Source: an uncultured Acidobacteriota bacterium (GTDB taxonomy: Bacteria > Acidobacteriota > UBA6911). Taken from it: a DNA stretch of 64,000 nucleotides. This document shows, piece after piece, positions 54,054 to 62,969 of this stretch (positions within the stretch are counted from its first letter, which is position 1; each line of letters begins with the position of its first letter). The notes under the pieces are model-generated. The model was not told the origin of the DNA. It ran no database searches and was given only the letters and a program-made list of their open reading frames with translations. Where the stretch lies: assembly GCA_963843575.1 (NCBI GenBank), contig CAWJKZ010000027.1, positions 32,001-96,000 of the forward strand, given 5' to 3'. The translations under genes and the position numbers were made by a program.

Positions 54054-55214
54054 GTGGAAAACATGGTTCCTATTCTCGTCGTGACGATGATCGCGGCGTT
54101 CATCGTCGTCGATCTGCTGATCAGGTATGTGTCGAACCGAATGCGCAAGGCCAAGGAACTCAAGGAACGCCTTGCCGCACTGGATACGGGCCTGCGCCTC
54201 GATTTCACCCACGAAGCGAAATCACTCAAGCGGGTGGAGGTGGCCAAGCCGTACGCGCGCATCCTCGCCGTCGACGACGAGGCGATCGTCCTGGACAGCT
54301 TCAGGAAAATCCTCGTCGCGGCCGGATACGCGATCGACACGGTCGAGAGCGGCCGCGAAGCGCTCGGGCTGGTCCAGAGAAACAAGTACGATTTCGTCTT
54401 CACCGACCTGAAGATGCCGGAAATGGACGGCCTCGACGTGGTCAAGGGGGTGAAGCACTTCAGCCCGGAATCGGACATCGTCGTCATCACGGGCTATGCG
54501 ACGATAGAATCCGCCGTCAATGCGATGAAATACGGGGCGATGGACTACGTGCAGAAGCCCTTCACCGAAGACGAGTTGGTCGAGTTCACCAGGAAGTGCC
54601 TGATCCGCAGGCACGACCGCCTGCAGAAAGGGCTGGCCCCCACCGTGCGCGTGGTGACGACAGACCGGCTGCGCGCCAACGAGTTCCGCATCCCGGGGGG
54701 CGTGTTCATCTCCGGCGGTCACGTCTGGGTGAGTGTCACGGTGCCGGGGATCGTGCGGGTGGGGATGGACGATTTCGCGCGCAAGATGATAGGCCACATC
54801 GACGGAATCGAACTGCCGGCCGAGGGCGCCGCCCTGAAGAAAGGCGATCCCCTCTTCAAGGTGAGGCAAGGGGGACGCGTGGCCACCTTTCACGCGCCGG
54901 TCTCGGGTGTCGTCCAGAACCTCAACACCGACTTGCCGCGAAACCTGGACTGGCTGGAACGGCACACCTACGAAAACGGGTGGGTGTGCTCGATGAAACC
55001 CGATCACCTTGCCGACGAGCTCGCGCAGATGAACATCGGCGACAAGGCCGCGGCCTGGTACCAGTTGGAGATCGCGCGTCTGCAGCAACTGTTTGCACCG
55101 CCGCTCGACGACCCGTCCTCGGGGCTCGCGCCCGTCACGCTCGTGGAAGGCCAGTTGCAGGAGGCCGATGACGACCTGTGGGCCAGGTTTGCCGGGACGT
55201 TTCTGCAGCCGTAG
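54054..55214 (+). CDS. Membrane-anchored response-regulator receiver fused to a GcvH-like domain
   Basis: N-terminal hydrophobic helix; VDDE, FTDLKMP, ITGY, QKPF; GHVWV...VRVGMDDFA...HAPVSGVV...N...YENGW. Confidence 0.88.
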   Translation: MENMVPILVVTMIAAFIVVDLLIRYVSNRMRKAKELKERLAALDTGLRLDFTHEAKSLKRVEVAKPYARILAVDDEAIVLDSFRKILVAAGYAIDTVESGREALGLVQRNKYDFVFTDLKMPEMDGLDVVKGVKHFSPESDIVVITGYATIESAVNAMKYGAMDYVQKPFTEDELVEFTRKCLIRRHDRLQKGLAPTVRVVTTDRLRANEFRIPGGVFISGGHVWVSVTVPGIVRVGMDDFARKMIGHIDGIELPAEGAALKKGDPLFKVRQGGRVATFHAPVSGVVQNLNTDLPRNLDWLERHTYENGWVCSMKPDHLADELAQMNIGDKAAAWYQLEIARLQQLFAPPLDDPSSGLAPVTLVEGQLQEADDDLWARFAGTFLQP

Positions 55215-55316
55215 GCTGCCGACTCGTCCAGGAACGGCGTGAACCTCCCGGAGCATTTGCGCACGCGGCCGACCGTGTATGAACCCTAATTCCTTCAGCA
55301 ATCGTAGGTGATTTTT

Positions 55317-56256
55317 ATGGAAAAGAAGCTGCACCGCCGCACGCTCCTCAAGCTGGGCCTGGCCGCGACCGCCGGGGGTTCGACTCCCCCGCTGGCGCTG
55401 GCGTCGTCCCAGCCGCAAGGGCAGAATCAGCCCCCTCCGGACCACGCGGGCGTGCTCGTGGACACGACACTCTGTATCGGGTGCCGGAAGTGCGAGGAGG
55501 CGTGCAATCGCCGGAACAACCTGCCGCGCACGGCCGACGTCCTTTTCAGACCGGGAGGTCCTGCGCTCGTTCCGCCGGCCCAGCGAAACCGCGTTCACCG
55601 TGGTGAACCAGTTCCCGGGGAGCCCTTCACCCGACCAGGCCGACCTGCCGCAGACATATGCGAAGGTCCAATGCATGCACTGCCTCTACCCGTCCTGCGT
55701 CTCGGCGTGCATCGTGGGGGCGCTGACGAAGTCGGCGGACGGCGCAGTGGTCTACAACCCCACGATCTGCCTGGGCTGCCGCTACTGCCAGGTCGCCTGT
55801 CCCTTCGAAATCCCGGCATACGAGTTTCATGAACCGCTCGTGCCGCGTGTGCGCAAGTGCGAGTTCTGCACCGACCGCGCGCGGGGCACCGGGGCCAATC
55901 CCGCCTGCGCCGCCTCTTGCCCCACCGAGGCCCTGGTCTTCGGCCGCAGGGCGGAGTTGCTCGCCATGGCCAAGGAGCGCATCAAGAAACGCCCCAACCG
56001 CTACGTCAACCACGTGTATGGCGAGACGGAGGCGGGGGGGACCGGCTGGCTCTACCTGACCGGGCGGCCGGTGCAGGAGGTCGGACTGCTGAATCTCCCG
56101 AGCAAGGCTCCGCCGCAGCTGACCGAGACCATTCAGCACGGCATCTTCAGATTCGGCATGATCCCGATCGCGTTCTATGGCCTGCTCTCATACCTGTGGC
56201 ACCGCAACATGCAGCGGCCCGGCGATGCCGGCACGACCGAAGGCGGTGCGGAATGA
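55317..56256 (+). CDS. Tat-exported 4x[4Fe-4S] electron-transfer subunit (HybA/HmcB/NrfC-like), frameshift near 55548
   Basis: HRRTLL; CIGCRKCEEAC, CMHC..PSCVSAC, CLGCRYCQVACP, CEFC...CAASCP; C-terminal TM helix. Confidence 0.9.
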
Positions 56257-59200
56257 CCCCCAGACTTCACGACGAACACGGCCACCGCGTCACAAAACCC
56301 TTCTTCACCTTCGGCACGTTGACCCTCCTCATTTTCATGGGCGCCGGGTTTGCCTTCGGCATCACGCGCCTGTTTCTCGGGCTGGGGACCGTGACCAACC
56401 TGGACAACCACAACCCGTGGGGGATCTGGATTGCGTTCGACGTAGCGTGCGGCGTGGCCCTGGCCGCCGGCGGGTTCACCACCGCCGCCCTGGTCGATAT
56501 CTTCGGCAAGAAGAGATACAAAGTCCTGCTGCGCCCGGCCATCCTCACGGCATTCCTCGGTTACCTTTGGGTGGCTATCGCGCTGAGCTTCGATCTCGGC
56601 CGGTACTGGAACATCTGGCGGCCCATCTTCAACTGGCAGGGGAACTCGGTGCTCTTCGAGGTGGGCATGTGCGTCACCGCCTACCTCATGGTGTTGACCG
56701 TCGAGATGAGCCCGGCGTTTCTGGAAGGGCTGAAAGCCCGCATCGACCGGGACGAGTGGGGCGCGGCGCTGCTGCGCAGAGTGGAGAAACCGCTCCTCAC
56801 GCTTCACGCCGCCGTCAAGATCGCCCTGCCGATGTTCATCGTCGCCGGTGTGGTGCTCTCGTTCATGCACCAGTCATCCCTGGGGACGCTCATGCTGATC
56901 GCCCCCAGCAAGATGAGCGCCCTGTGGTTCACCCCCATCCTCCCGCTCCTGTTCCTGCTGTCGGCGATCATGGTCGGGTTCCCGATGGTCATCCTGGAGT
57001 CCATCTACGCCAACATAAGTTTTGGCCGCAACCCGGAAATGGATCTCCTGACCCCGATGGCCCGCATCATCCCCTGGTTCCTCGGGCTCTACGGCGTGGT
57101 GAAAATCGGCGACCTCGTCGTCCGGCATAATCAACTGAATTTCCTCGAGCACCCCGCATCCACCACCGCCCTCGCGATCGAGATCCTGCTGGGCGTCGTA
57201 GCCCCCTTCCTGCTGTTTCTCAGCAAGGCGGTCCGCCGGTCCATGGGCTGGATGTTCTTCACCGTTTGCCTGATCATCTTCGGCGTCGTGCTGAACCGGC
57301 TCAACGTTTTCCTGGTGGCCTACAATCCCCCGTACTCCACCAAGGCTTACTTCCCGTCGATCGGGGAGATCGCGATGACCATCGCGATCGTTTCCAGCAT
57401 ATTGTTCTGCTACCGCTTCTGCGTGACCTTCTTCCCGATCCTGCCGGGCTACGTGCCGAGCGTCGAGGTCCAGATCGCACGCATGCGCGAGGAACGCGAA
57501 ACGGCCGTGAGCCCGTTCTGGACCTGGGCGATCCGCGGTGCCGCCATAGCGTGCCTCCTGACCTTCATCGGCCTGTACAGCTTTGTGCACATCGAGGCCA
57601 TCCAGTCCTCCGTAAAAACCGTCCAGGAGGTGCGGCGCGTTCAGACGCAGATGCGCGTCTCCGCCGCCGGCGCGCCGGGGCCTTCCTATCCCCAGCGTCC
57701 CTCGGGCTACAAGAACTTCTACCTGCTGGACAGCCCCCTGCTGAAGGCCAGGGCGGACGACTACGAGCCGGTGCGCTTCTCGCACCGCATTCACGATGGC
57801 TTGACCGGGGGGGACTGCGGAATCTGCCATCACCGTTTTGCGGGCGACGAGAAGGATCGGCTGGGAAACGACGTCAAGGAGCTGCACGCGTCCATAGACG
57901 TCAAGCTGGGCGGTCCCTGCTCTTCCTGCCACGACAACATGGAACAGAACCCGCCCCAGAGCTGCACCCGCTGCCACGGGATGCCCAACGAGCCGGACAG
58001 CCCCTCACGCCTCGGGCTCAAGGGCGCCTACCACCGCCTCTGCATCGGCTGCCACGAACGCCAGGTCAAACCGACCTCCGCGCCGACGGAGTGCGCCGCC
58101 TGCCACCACCCATGGACACCGGATCATTCCAAGCTGGTCACCCTCGGAGCGAAGCCCAGCCCCCAGGACGTGACGCGGGCGTGCCTGAGCTGCCACGCCA
58201 AGGCGGGGCAGGACCTGCTCAAGACAGCCCACTGGAACTGGAAGGGCTCCTCTCCCACGCTGGCGGGCTACGAGCGCCGCACCGACATCAGCCTGAAGCT
58301 CATGGTGAACAACTACTGCGTCGCCATCGGATCCAACCAGCAGCAATGCATGTCCTGTCACATCGGCTACGGCGGCATGGATGACCGCTACGATTTTTCC
58401 AACCCGGCCAACATCGATTGCCTGATCTGCCACGACACGACCGGGAAGTACAGAAAGGATCCAAGCACGGGCGGACTGCCCGATCCGTCGGTCGACCTGG
58501 TCGCGCTGTCGGCCAGGGTGGGCCGCCCCTCACGGCAGGCCTGCGGTTCGTGCCACTTTTATAGCGGCGGAGCTCCCAATGCCAAACACGGGGACCTGGA
58601 GCCGGCCTTGACCGACTCGAACGAACCGATCGACATGCACATGGGTACCCTGAATATGCGGTGCCAGGATTGCCACACCACCAGCGAACACAGGATCGCC
58701 GGGATGTCGCTGACTGCCCCCGCCGTCGAAGGGCGCATAAGCTGCGACAAGTGCCACGGCCTCACGCCTCACGGGGTTGCCGGCTCGCTGAGCCGCCACC
58801 TGGACGATCACATCGCGAATATCGCCTGCGAAACCTGCCACATCCCTAGCTTTGCCCATCGCTCCCCCACCCTGCTGCGGCGCGATTTTTCCACCGCAGG
58901 CCAGAACCGGCCCGAAACCCTCGACCGGTACGGGATGCCAACCTACGACAAGAAGTTCGGCGCGCTTACCTGGGGGAAGGACTTGGTGCCCGTCTATCTC
59001 TGGTACGACGGGACGCGCAACGCCTCCCTCGCCGGCGGCCGCATCGACCCTTCCTCCCCCGTCCTTCTGAACGCCCCGGTCGGGGAAAAACGCAGTCCCG
59101 TGGCGCGCATCTTCCCCTTCAAGGTGCACGCCGGGGTCCAGCCCTACGACACCGAAAACAACACCCTCGCCTTGCCCGATTTCGTCGGGAACTACTGGGT

Positions 59201-59546
59201 TAACTTCGATTGGGCGAAAGCCCTCGTCGCCGGCATGAAGCGCATGGGCCTACCCTATTCGGGCAAGTACGCATTCGTGGAAACCAAGATGTACTCCTCC
59301 ATCCACCACCAGGTCGCACCGGCGAAAAAGGCGCTGGGCTGCACCGATTGTCACAGCGCGGCGGCCGTCACGTGCGCGCGTTGCCACAAGGGAGCTGCGG
59401 GGACCGCGCTCCCGTCGCACCGGCTCGCCATGTACCCCGAAGTAAAGAACCGGATGGATTTCAAGGCGCTCGGCTACACCGATGATCCCGCCCTCACGGG
59501 CGGCCGCTTTCACATCACCATCGGCCGTGGCTCGCCCGCACAATAG
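56253..59546 (+). CDS. NrfD/HybB membrane subunit fused to a class III cytochrome c and an octaheme tetrathionate-reductase-like domain (14 CxxCH)
   Basis: ATGA overlap with the upstream stop; PWGIWIAFDV..GVALAAGGF, DLGR.W, HQSSLG; VRFSH...LKGAYH; AHWNW, NNYC, CHDTTG, KHGDL, CHIP, PFKVH, IHHQVAP. Confidence 0.9.
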   Translation: MTPRLHDEHGHRVTKPFFTFGTLTLLIFMGAGFAFGITRLFLGLGTVTNLDNHNPWGIWIAFDVACGVALAAGGFTTAALVDIFGKKRYKVLLRPAILTAFLGYLWVAIALSFDLGRYWNIWRPIFNWQGNSVLFEVGMCVTAYLMVLTVEMSPAFLEGLKARIDRDEWGAALLRRVEKPLLTLHAAVKIALPMFIVAGVVLSFMHQSSLGTLMLIAPSKMSALWFTPILPLLFLLSAIMVGFPMVILESIYANISFGRNPEMDLLTPMARIIPWFLGLYGVVKIGDLVVRHNQLNFLEHPASTTALAIEILLGVVAPFLLFLSKAVRRSMGWMFFTVCLIIFGVVLNRLNVFLVAYNPPYSTKAYFPSIGEIAMTIAIVSSILFCYRFCVTFFPILPGYVPSVEVQIARMREERETAVSPFWTWAIRGAAIACLLTFIGLYSFVHIEAIQSSVKTVQEVRRVQTQMRVSAAGAPGPSYPQRPSGYKNFYLLDSPLLKARADDYEPVRFSHRIHDGLTGGDCGICHHRFAGDEKDRLGNDVKELHASIDVKLGGPCSSCHDNMEQNPPQSCTRCHGMPNEPDSPSRLGLKGAYHRLCIGCHERQVKPTSAPTECAACHHPWTPDHSKLVTLGAKPSPQDVTRACLSCHAKAGQDLLKTAHWNWKGSSPTLAGYERRTDISLKLMVNNYCVAIGSNQQQCMSCHIGYGGMDDRYDFSNPANIDCLICHDTTGKYRKDPSTGGLPDPSVDLVALSARVGRPSRQACGSCHFYSGGAPNAKHGDLEPALTDSNEPIDMHMGTLNMRCQDCHTTSEHRIAGMSLTAPAVEGRISCDKCHGLTPHGVAGSLSRHLDDHIANIACETCHIPSFAHRSPTLLRRDFSTAGQNRPETLDRYGMPTYDKKFGALTWGKDLVPVYLWYDGTRNASLAGGRIDPSSPVLLNAPVGEKRSPVARIFPFKVHAGVQPYDTENNTLALPDFVGNYWVNFDWAKALVAGMKRMGLPYSGKYAFVETKMYSSIHHQVAPAKKALGCTDCHSAAAVTCARCHKGAAGTALPSHRLAMYPEVKNRMDFKALGYTDDPALTGGRFHITIGRGSPAQ

Positions 59547-59594
59547 CCGGAGGGATTACCCGGGGGGTTCGCACAGGCCCGACCGCCCCGAAGG

Positions 59595-59700
59595 CGTTAT
59601 TTATAGAAAATGGGCCCAAAAATTCAAAATAGGGCCTGTTTTTTTGGGCCTAGTTAACGTCAACTCTCTGCAAATATAGTACTTCATCTGGTCCGTCCCC
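59595..59700 (-). mobile_element. Solo end homologous to the left end of the Y1 element at 31852
   Basis: Reverse complement begins GGGGACGGACCAGA (14/14 identical to 31852-31865) and carries a 32-nt block 26/32 identical to 31913-31944 at nearly the same offset. Confidence 0.7.
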
Positions 59701-62362
59701 GGAACTCATATAGGCCGGAGGGGGCCTCCAGCACGGCCTTGGCCCCGGCGACGCGCAGAAACCTGGTGCCTCTAATGCGGGCGTCGGGGTCGGGAACGTG
59801 CACCGTCGCGGTGGTGTTTGGGGGGACCCGGAACCGCCAGAAGAAGTTCCCCCCGTCTCTTTTCCAGGAGCTGCCGATTTCGCCGTAGGGCGAGTGAAAC
59901 GTCGCCTCGACCCATTGCACGTCGCCGGCGAGGGCGGGGGCGAGGATGAAGCGCTTGTATCCCGGGGCCGAGTCGTCCGGCCGGATACCGGCGAGACCTT
60001 CGGTAAACCACTGTCCGGCGCCCATCAACGTGGAGTGCAGCCTCGAGTTTGCGCCGTTCCACTCCTCCCAGACGGTCGTGGCACCCTGCTCGATCATGTG
60101 CCCCCAACCGGGGAACGTGGTCTGGGTCATCATGCCCGCCAGCAGATCGTCGCGCCCGATCCCGTTCAGATAACGCCACAGCAGCCAGGTGCCGTGCATG
60201 CCCGCATTGACGTGCCCGCGGTCGGTAACGCTGATGCGCCGCTCGAGCCGTTCCGTCACATCGGCGCGCAATTCCGGGGGGACCACTTCGAGCAGGAGGG
60301 GAAAGGCGAGGTAGGGCTGCTCGCCGTTGACATAAGTCTTCGTCGCCGGATCGAGATACTTCCGGTTCACTTCGGCAGCGACCTGCGCCGCCCGCTCCCG
60401 GTACCGGCGCGCGTCTTCTTTCAACGCGAGCGCGTCGGCGCAGTCGGCGGCGATCTTCAGGTTCAGGATCCAGTAGCAGTTGTTGAAAAAATGAGTGGAT
60501 CGTTCGTCGACTCGATCCCCGGGATCTTGTCCGCGGCCGGGCGGGACCCAGTCTCCCAGAAAGCTCCAGACCGGGGTCCCCGGGGTGCTGAACGAGGTGA
60601 AGGGCCGCAGCAGGTCGCCGGCGGATTTCGAATCGAGGAATCCCAGCCATTTCTTTATCGACGGATACGACACCTCCAGGATCCGCCTGTCGCCGAAACG
60701 ACGGTAGACCTCCCAGGGGAGGACGACGCAGATCCCTCCCCACGCCGGCCCTCCCCCGCCGTTCATCTGGGGTGCCGTGTGCGGCATCTCCCCGGTGCTC
60801 TGCTGGGTGTCGCGCCAGTCCTCGAGCCACTTGGTGTAGAGTGCCGCGGTGCGAAACTGGCTCATGCCGGTTTCCATTGTGGCGTGCGCGTCGCCGCCGT
60901 AGCCGAGGCGCTCGCGGTGAGGGCAGTCGACCAGGTAGCCGCCCAGCGAAAGCGATTCGTAAGTCCACGCCGTCATCTGGTAGATCTTGTTCAGCAGGTT
61001 GTTTGAGCACGAAAAAGTCGCCGCCCTGTCGTAGCCGGTTCGGACCAAGTACCCCGAGATGTCCTCATCCGGGGGGACCCGGTCGAGGTTCCTGACAGTC
61101 ACCCAGCGAAACGCGTGGTAATTGAATCGGCTCCGGAAAGGGGAGTCGTCCCTGCCCGAGCAGACGTAGACGTCGCGCTGCCCATATGAACACGCCTCGT
61201 CCTCTCGCTCGGAATACTCGAGCGAGATCTCACGCCCCTCGGGGCCCCGCAGCGGCATCTCGAACCAGCCTGTGAGAGACCTGCCCATGTCGATCCGCAA
61301 GGAGCCGTCCGGCTTCCGCTGCACGGAGGCGGGAACCAGTCTCTCGACCAACCGGTCCGGTTCGATGGTTTCGGCGGACAGCGTTTGTTGCCGGGGGCCG
61401 AAGACGCGCACCCGGTTCCAGTCCGCGTCGCTGAACGCGGCGGTGCTCCACCCCGGCTTCTCGATCCGGGCGTCGTAGCGCTCGCCCCCGAACTGCCGTG
61501 CTTTCCAGCCGCCCATCCCGGTGATGGGGCTCGCGTGCGTTTTCCACGAGCCGTCGCTCGGGACGGTTGCGCTCGAGCCATCCCCGAGGGTCGCTTCGAT
61601 CTGCAGCAGGAACATCGCGCCGTCCGCGAGCTTGTACTCCGGGTGCGACGCCCACCCGTTGCCGAGCCACACGGCGACACAGTTCGCCCCCGGTTCCAGC
61701 AATTCCGTAACCTCGTAGGTCAGGTAGCGCACCCTGCGGCCCAGATGCGAGACCGACGGCGCCAGTACCGCGTCACCCACCTTTCTGCCGTTGACGTGCA
61801 CCTCGTGATAGCCGATCGACGCGACATAGACGAAGGCGCTCCGGGGACGCGACGTGAGCGAGAACACCTTCCGGAACCACGGGGACGGCCTGTCTGGCCC
61901 GCCACCTGCCGGGGTTCCGACCCACTGTGCCCGCCAGTCTTCAGCTCGCAGCAGTCCCATGGTCCAGCGCGCGGAACGGCTCCAGGCCGACATCGCCCCG
62001 TCCTGGTCCCATACCCGCACCTTCCAGTAGCATTGCTGCTTCGACGGGAGCCTCTTGCCCGCATACGCCACGTTTACCGACTGGTCCGAGGCGATGCGGC
62101 CACTGTCCCACAGGTCGCCCTCGCTCGCTTCGAGCTTCTCGCGGCTGCTCGAAACCAGGATGCGATAGCCGGTCTGGCCAAGCCCGTGCGCATCGGCGCT
62201 CCCGATGAGTTCCCAACCGAGGCGTGGGCTGGCGATGTCGATCCCAAGCGGCCCATCCAGGTACTCGCAGCGGAGCCGAATAGGTTCCAGTTCTGCGCCG
62301 GCCGCAGGCCAGCAGAAAAGCAGTGCCTGCACGATGCTCGCCACGACAAGAATCGCTCTCAT
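59684..62362 (-). CDS. Alpha-L-rhamnosidase (GH78)
   Basis: LRCEYLDGPLGID..PRLGW, WDSG, GERYDAR, DCPHRERLGYGGD, GATTVWEEW, SPYGEIGSSW. Confidence 0.93.
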   Translation of the reverse strand: MRAILVVASIVQALLFCWPAAGAELEPIRLRCEYLDGPLGIDIASPRLGWELIGSADAHGLGQTGYRILVSSSREKLEASEGDLWDSGRIASDQSVNVAYAGKRLPSKQQCYWKVRVWDQDGAMSAWSRSARWTMGLLRAEDWRAQWVGTPAGGGPDRPSPWFRKVFSLTSRPRSAFVYVASIGYHEVHVNGRKVGDAVLAPSVSHLGRRVRYLTYEVTELLEPGANCVAVWLGNGWASHPEYKLADGAMFLLQIEATLGDGSSATVPSDGSWKTHASPITGMGGWKARQFGGERYDARIEKPGWSTAAFSDADWNRVRVFGPRQQTLSAETIEPDRLVERLVPASVQRKPDGSLRIDMGRSLTGWFEMPLRGPEGREISLEYSEREDEACSYGQRDVYVCSGRDDSPFRSRFNYHAFRWVTVRNLDRVPPDEDISGYLVRTGYDRAATFSCSNNLLNKIYQMTAWTYESLSLGGYLVDCPHRERLGYGGDAHATMETGMSQFRTAALYTKWLEDWRDTQQSTGEMPHTAPQMNGGGGPAWGGICVVLPWEVYRRFGDRRILEVSYPSIKKWLGFLDSKSAGDLLRPFTSFSTPGTPVWSFLGDWVPPGRGQDPGDRVDERSTHFFNNCYWILNLKIAADCADALALKEDARRYRERAAQVAAEVNRKYLDPATKTYVNGEQPYLAFPLLLEVVPPELRADVTERLERRISVTDRGHVNAGMHGTWLLWRYLNGIGRDDLLAGMMTQTTFPGWGHMIEQGATTVWEEWNGANSRLHSTLMGAGQWFTEGLAGIRPDDSAPGYKRFILAPALAGDVQWVEATFHSPYGEIGSSWKRDGGNFFWRFRVPPNTTATVHVPDPDARIRGTRFLRVAGAKAVLEAPSGLYEFRGRTR

Positions 62363-62430
62363 GGAATCCTCTTTCCTGAGCGGCCGCACCGGCGCCGGAG
62401 CGGTCTGAATTGTGTGAAGTGCGCGTGTTC

Positions 62431-62736
62431 TCACTCTCCGGCAGGGAGACCGAGCAGCGCTAGCTTCCGCCTGAAGCCCGACTCCTCGTTGACCGTGTGA
62501 AGAAACGTGCCGTCCGCGCGACGGTACGAAATCAGGCCGCCCCGGTCGAACGCAGCCACAAAGACCGTATCGCGGGCCCCCGGGGCGTTGAACACGGCAA
62601 CCGGAACCTGGCCCCCGACGATCTCCTCGGGCGGCATGTGCGGCGGGCAGTTCGACAGGACATACCGGCCCGGGCAGTTGCGAATCGGCCGGCAGAGCCA
62701 GCGCGCCATCACCCCTTCCACGCTGATCCCTGTCAT
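62431..62736 (-). CDS. Small hypothetical protein
   Basis: 101-aa ORF (RPIRNCPGRYVL, GGLISY, HTVN..GFRRKL) co-oriented with the GH78 gene. Confidence 0.6.
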   Translation of the reverse strand: MTGISVEGVMARWLCRPIRNCPGRYVLSNCPPHMPPEEIVGGQVPVAVFNAPGARDTVFVAAFDRGGLISYRRADGTFLHTVNEESGFRRKLALLGLPAGE

Positions 62737-62969
62737 GTCGCGCTCCCACGCCGCGGACCACCGGGCTGCCGCACTCTAACCTACATCACCCGAGCGGGTC
62801 CTGATCGAAAAATCACCGACCGTTCTCCGTACGCCAACCCGGGTACCTGGTCGGCGCTCCCTCGGCGTCCGTCGGCGTACGGGATGAGGGCGTCTTTGAC
62901 CATGGACCGGACCGAACCAGGCCTGCTATCCTCGCCGCTGGTAGTCTCGAATGGGTGAATGAGGAGTCC

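Noticed and set aside
54054-55214. Glycine cleavage system
   Set aside because: No lipoyl-Lys at the expected position and no gcvP or gcvT nearby.
55317-57450. [NiFe]-hydrogenase-2 (hyb) operon
   Set aside because: HybA/HybB-like subunits are present, but no small or large hydrogenase subunits or maturases.
62469-62486. Additional family B repeat (GCCTGAAGCCCGACTCC)
   Set aside because: Partial match inside a plausible coding sequence; could be chance.
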